A stretch of DNA of 63,531 bases, filler included, from Choristocarpus tenellus KU-1152 (lineage: Eukaryota; Protista; Phaeophyceae): the NCBI GenBank assembly GCA_964200185.2. It is 6 parts of 6 records of this genome, joined end to end, with 100 filler letters (N's around TTAATTAATTAA, not from the genome) between each part and the next. Parts side by side here need not be neighbours in the genome. Positions count along the whole stretch, not along the records: positions 58,447 to 63,531 come from CAXNAD020011928.1; 5 more parts are not named here. One strand, written 5' to 3'. Shown one piece after another: positions 61,690-63,531 of the stretch. Made by a program: the position numbers and the translations under genes. Under the pieces are notes generated by a model. It did no database searches. It worked only from the letters and a program-made list of their open reading frames with translations, and was not told where the DNA came from. Every line of letters begins with the position of its first letter. Positions within the stretch are counted from its first letter, which is position 1.

Positions 61690-63531
61690 TCAAACCGTGC
61701 CTTTGAGCGAGAAGACACCTACCCCACCGGAACTTGACCTCCCCTCCCCTTCAGGGTTGATCTCTACAATCCTTCTCCATGTCAGGTGTCTCCTCTTCCT
61801 GGACTCACTTCCTACTTTTGTGTGGCTCCTCTCTATTCCTTTGAGTACAGATTGGATAATAAAATGTTGTGTGGGGAGCGGGAGGTTGAGGAAATGTTTA
61901 TGGTAGTATTGGATTGCTGCTATCTTACCCTTAACTGTGAGTACTTGGTTCCCCCTACTCCCACAACAGAAACACATGAACTCCGCTAGGGCCTTTACTA
62001 CCTCTATCTCTCCACTCCCAGGGTCTAACCACCTACTCAGTCCCCTATATGTACGGAACTCAGACCATTGGTCCCAAGCTGCCTTATAACACTTCTGAGT
62101 AGATGGCACAACCAATCCTCTGGCGTACAATGCTGCAAGGCACTCAAACACACCATCTTCCCTTCCCAACCCAGGGGCTGCTCCTGCCAATCAATGCGTG
62201 GGCAAACATGTTGGAGGTTAGGTTGAATCTCATCCCTCTTCCACCTTGATATACCATCTGCTAGGTCATTCTGCCTACCCGCAACGCGTTCCACTGCGAA
62301 TGACCATTCCCCTGCTATCTCCAACATCCTCATTATTCTCATCAAACTCCCTGCCCTCCTATCCTTTGCCTCCACACACTTCCGAAACCAATGCACTGCA
62401 GAGTAATTGTCCCCTCTAAGCAACACTGGATTTCCCTTCTTCTCTGCCTTCCCCTTTACCTTCATGACCAGTATCCATGCATTCATCACCATTCCTAATA
62501 ACTCTAAGACATTGATTGATATACTCCCCCTTTCTCCTTTTATCACACTACACATAATATCCTTCATGTGTTCTGGGAAGTCATATCTCCACCACTTACC
62601 CGTCTCTACATTGTACCCTCCTACTGCTGAAAAACATGCATCTGAATACCATGTCATACCTGGATGCCTTGACACAAAACCCCAAAACGGGGAACTCAAG
62701 TTTTCTCCCTCCTCAGCCAGACCTTGTTCTACCACCCACCTCCACCGACACAAGTCTTCCTTAAATTCTATCCCTATCCTGATTTCCCTATTTCCTTCTC
62801 TTGGGCCTTCCCTCTGTTCGCCCTGTCCCCCCCCCCCTTGCTGTCCTTCTCAACCAACCCCCCTTCTGGTGCAACCCTGACAGTTGTACCAGCCGTCAAA
62901 GAAAAAATCTCCCTGGGCGTAAAACATACGACATGTGAAATAGTCGACCCAACAGCACCCATACCTCCTTCACTCTGGCTACCAACTTCGATTCTGACCA
63001 CTCCCCTAACAACGACTTCAGCCCCTTCAGCTTTCCCTCTGGTAGGGCAATGGTCATCTTTTCTGTGTCTATCCTCCATTCTACCACTACCTGTGTAGTA
63101 TGCCATCCTGTTAATTTTTTTGCTGACAAAATGGGGGGCTCGTCTATGTCTCTTTGGCCTAGCAAACGTATGTGGTCGAAGACTAAAGAATTCGTTGCTA
63201 GCTTCAGTCTCCGCCCATCTTCAAACCATTGGGGCTCTACCAATATGCTATCATCTACATACATTCTGGCAAAAAAAAGGGTCCTCCACCCCCCCCCTGC
63301 TACTTCCTGCACCTTCCATGTCTCATCTACGGCACTAACCTCCCTCCTACCTTGCTGCTTTGAGTACGTTACACCTACCGCAATCCTTTCTGCTTCTTTG
63401 AGAACTACTGTCGACTTGGGATCTGTATGACAGTGTGAAAATTCTAGGGTACTTGCTAATAAGTCCCACCACCCCGGGCTATTCCTCCACCCAAATTGGA
63501 TTCTAAAGTCAATCACCAGCAAGTCTCCCAC
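61690..63531 (-). mobile_element. DIRS-type (tyrosine-recombinase) retrotransposon, decayed, running off the window
   Basis: RT at 62896-63531 (FGWRNSPGWW, YVDDSIL); RNase H at 62037-62753 (WYSDAC, SINVLELL, GDNYSAV, AGRQNDLADGISR); overlapping YR N-terminal ORF at 61690-62190 (STQKCYKAAW..TVKGKIAAIQYYH). There is a frameshift between RT and RH, and the YR is truncated. Confidence 0.9.

Overview
Eukaryotic, intron-rich genomic DNA, most likely from a photosynthetic stramenopile or brown alga. This is inferred from the gene architecture, a plastid-type presequence and the transposon families. The window is six contigs joined by artificial N44-TTAATTAATTAA-N44 linkers, so adjacency across gaps is unverified. 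Genes reconstructed by hand from splice sites and reading-frame phase: a phosphatidylinositol 4-kinase beta (minus, at least 13 exons, 922-20696, possibly starting at 22056); the 5' part of a divergently transcribed RoxA/YcfD-like JmjC oxygenase; an apparently complete GT47/exostosin glycosyltransferase; part of a METTL21/Methyltransf_16 lysine methyltransferase; and part of a probable CFAP46-like ciliary protein. Mobile DNA includes two families of decayed plant-type mariners with Stowaway-like TIRs, a GAG...CTC MITE family with 4-bp TSDs, 3' ends of an RLE-type LINE, and a DIRS-type retrotransposon. The most striking signal is roughly 90 short (TTAGGG)n/(CCCTAA)n tracts through the PI4K introns, plus a cluster in the methyltransferase gene, with few elsewhere. 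Several tracts sit between short local duplications, as expected for telomerase-patched breaks. At several 3' splice sites the C-rich strand supplies CTAAC branch-point-like motifs. In one case a duplicated acceptor seems to be rescued by a telomere-created GACTAAC. In addition, 7 of 25 mapped introns use GC donors.
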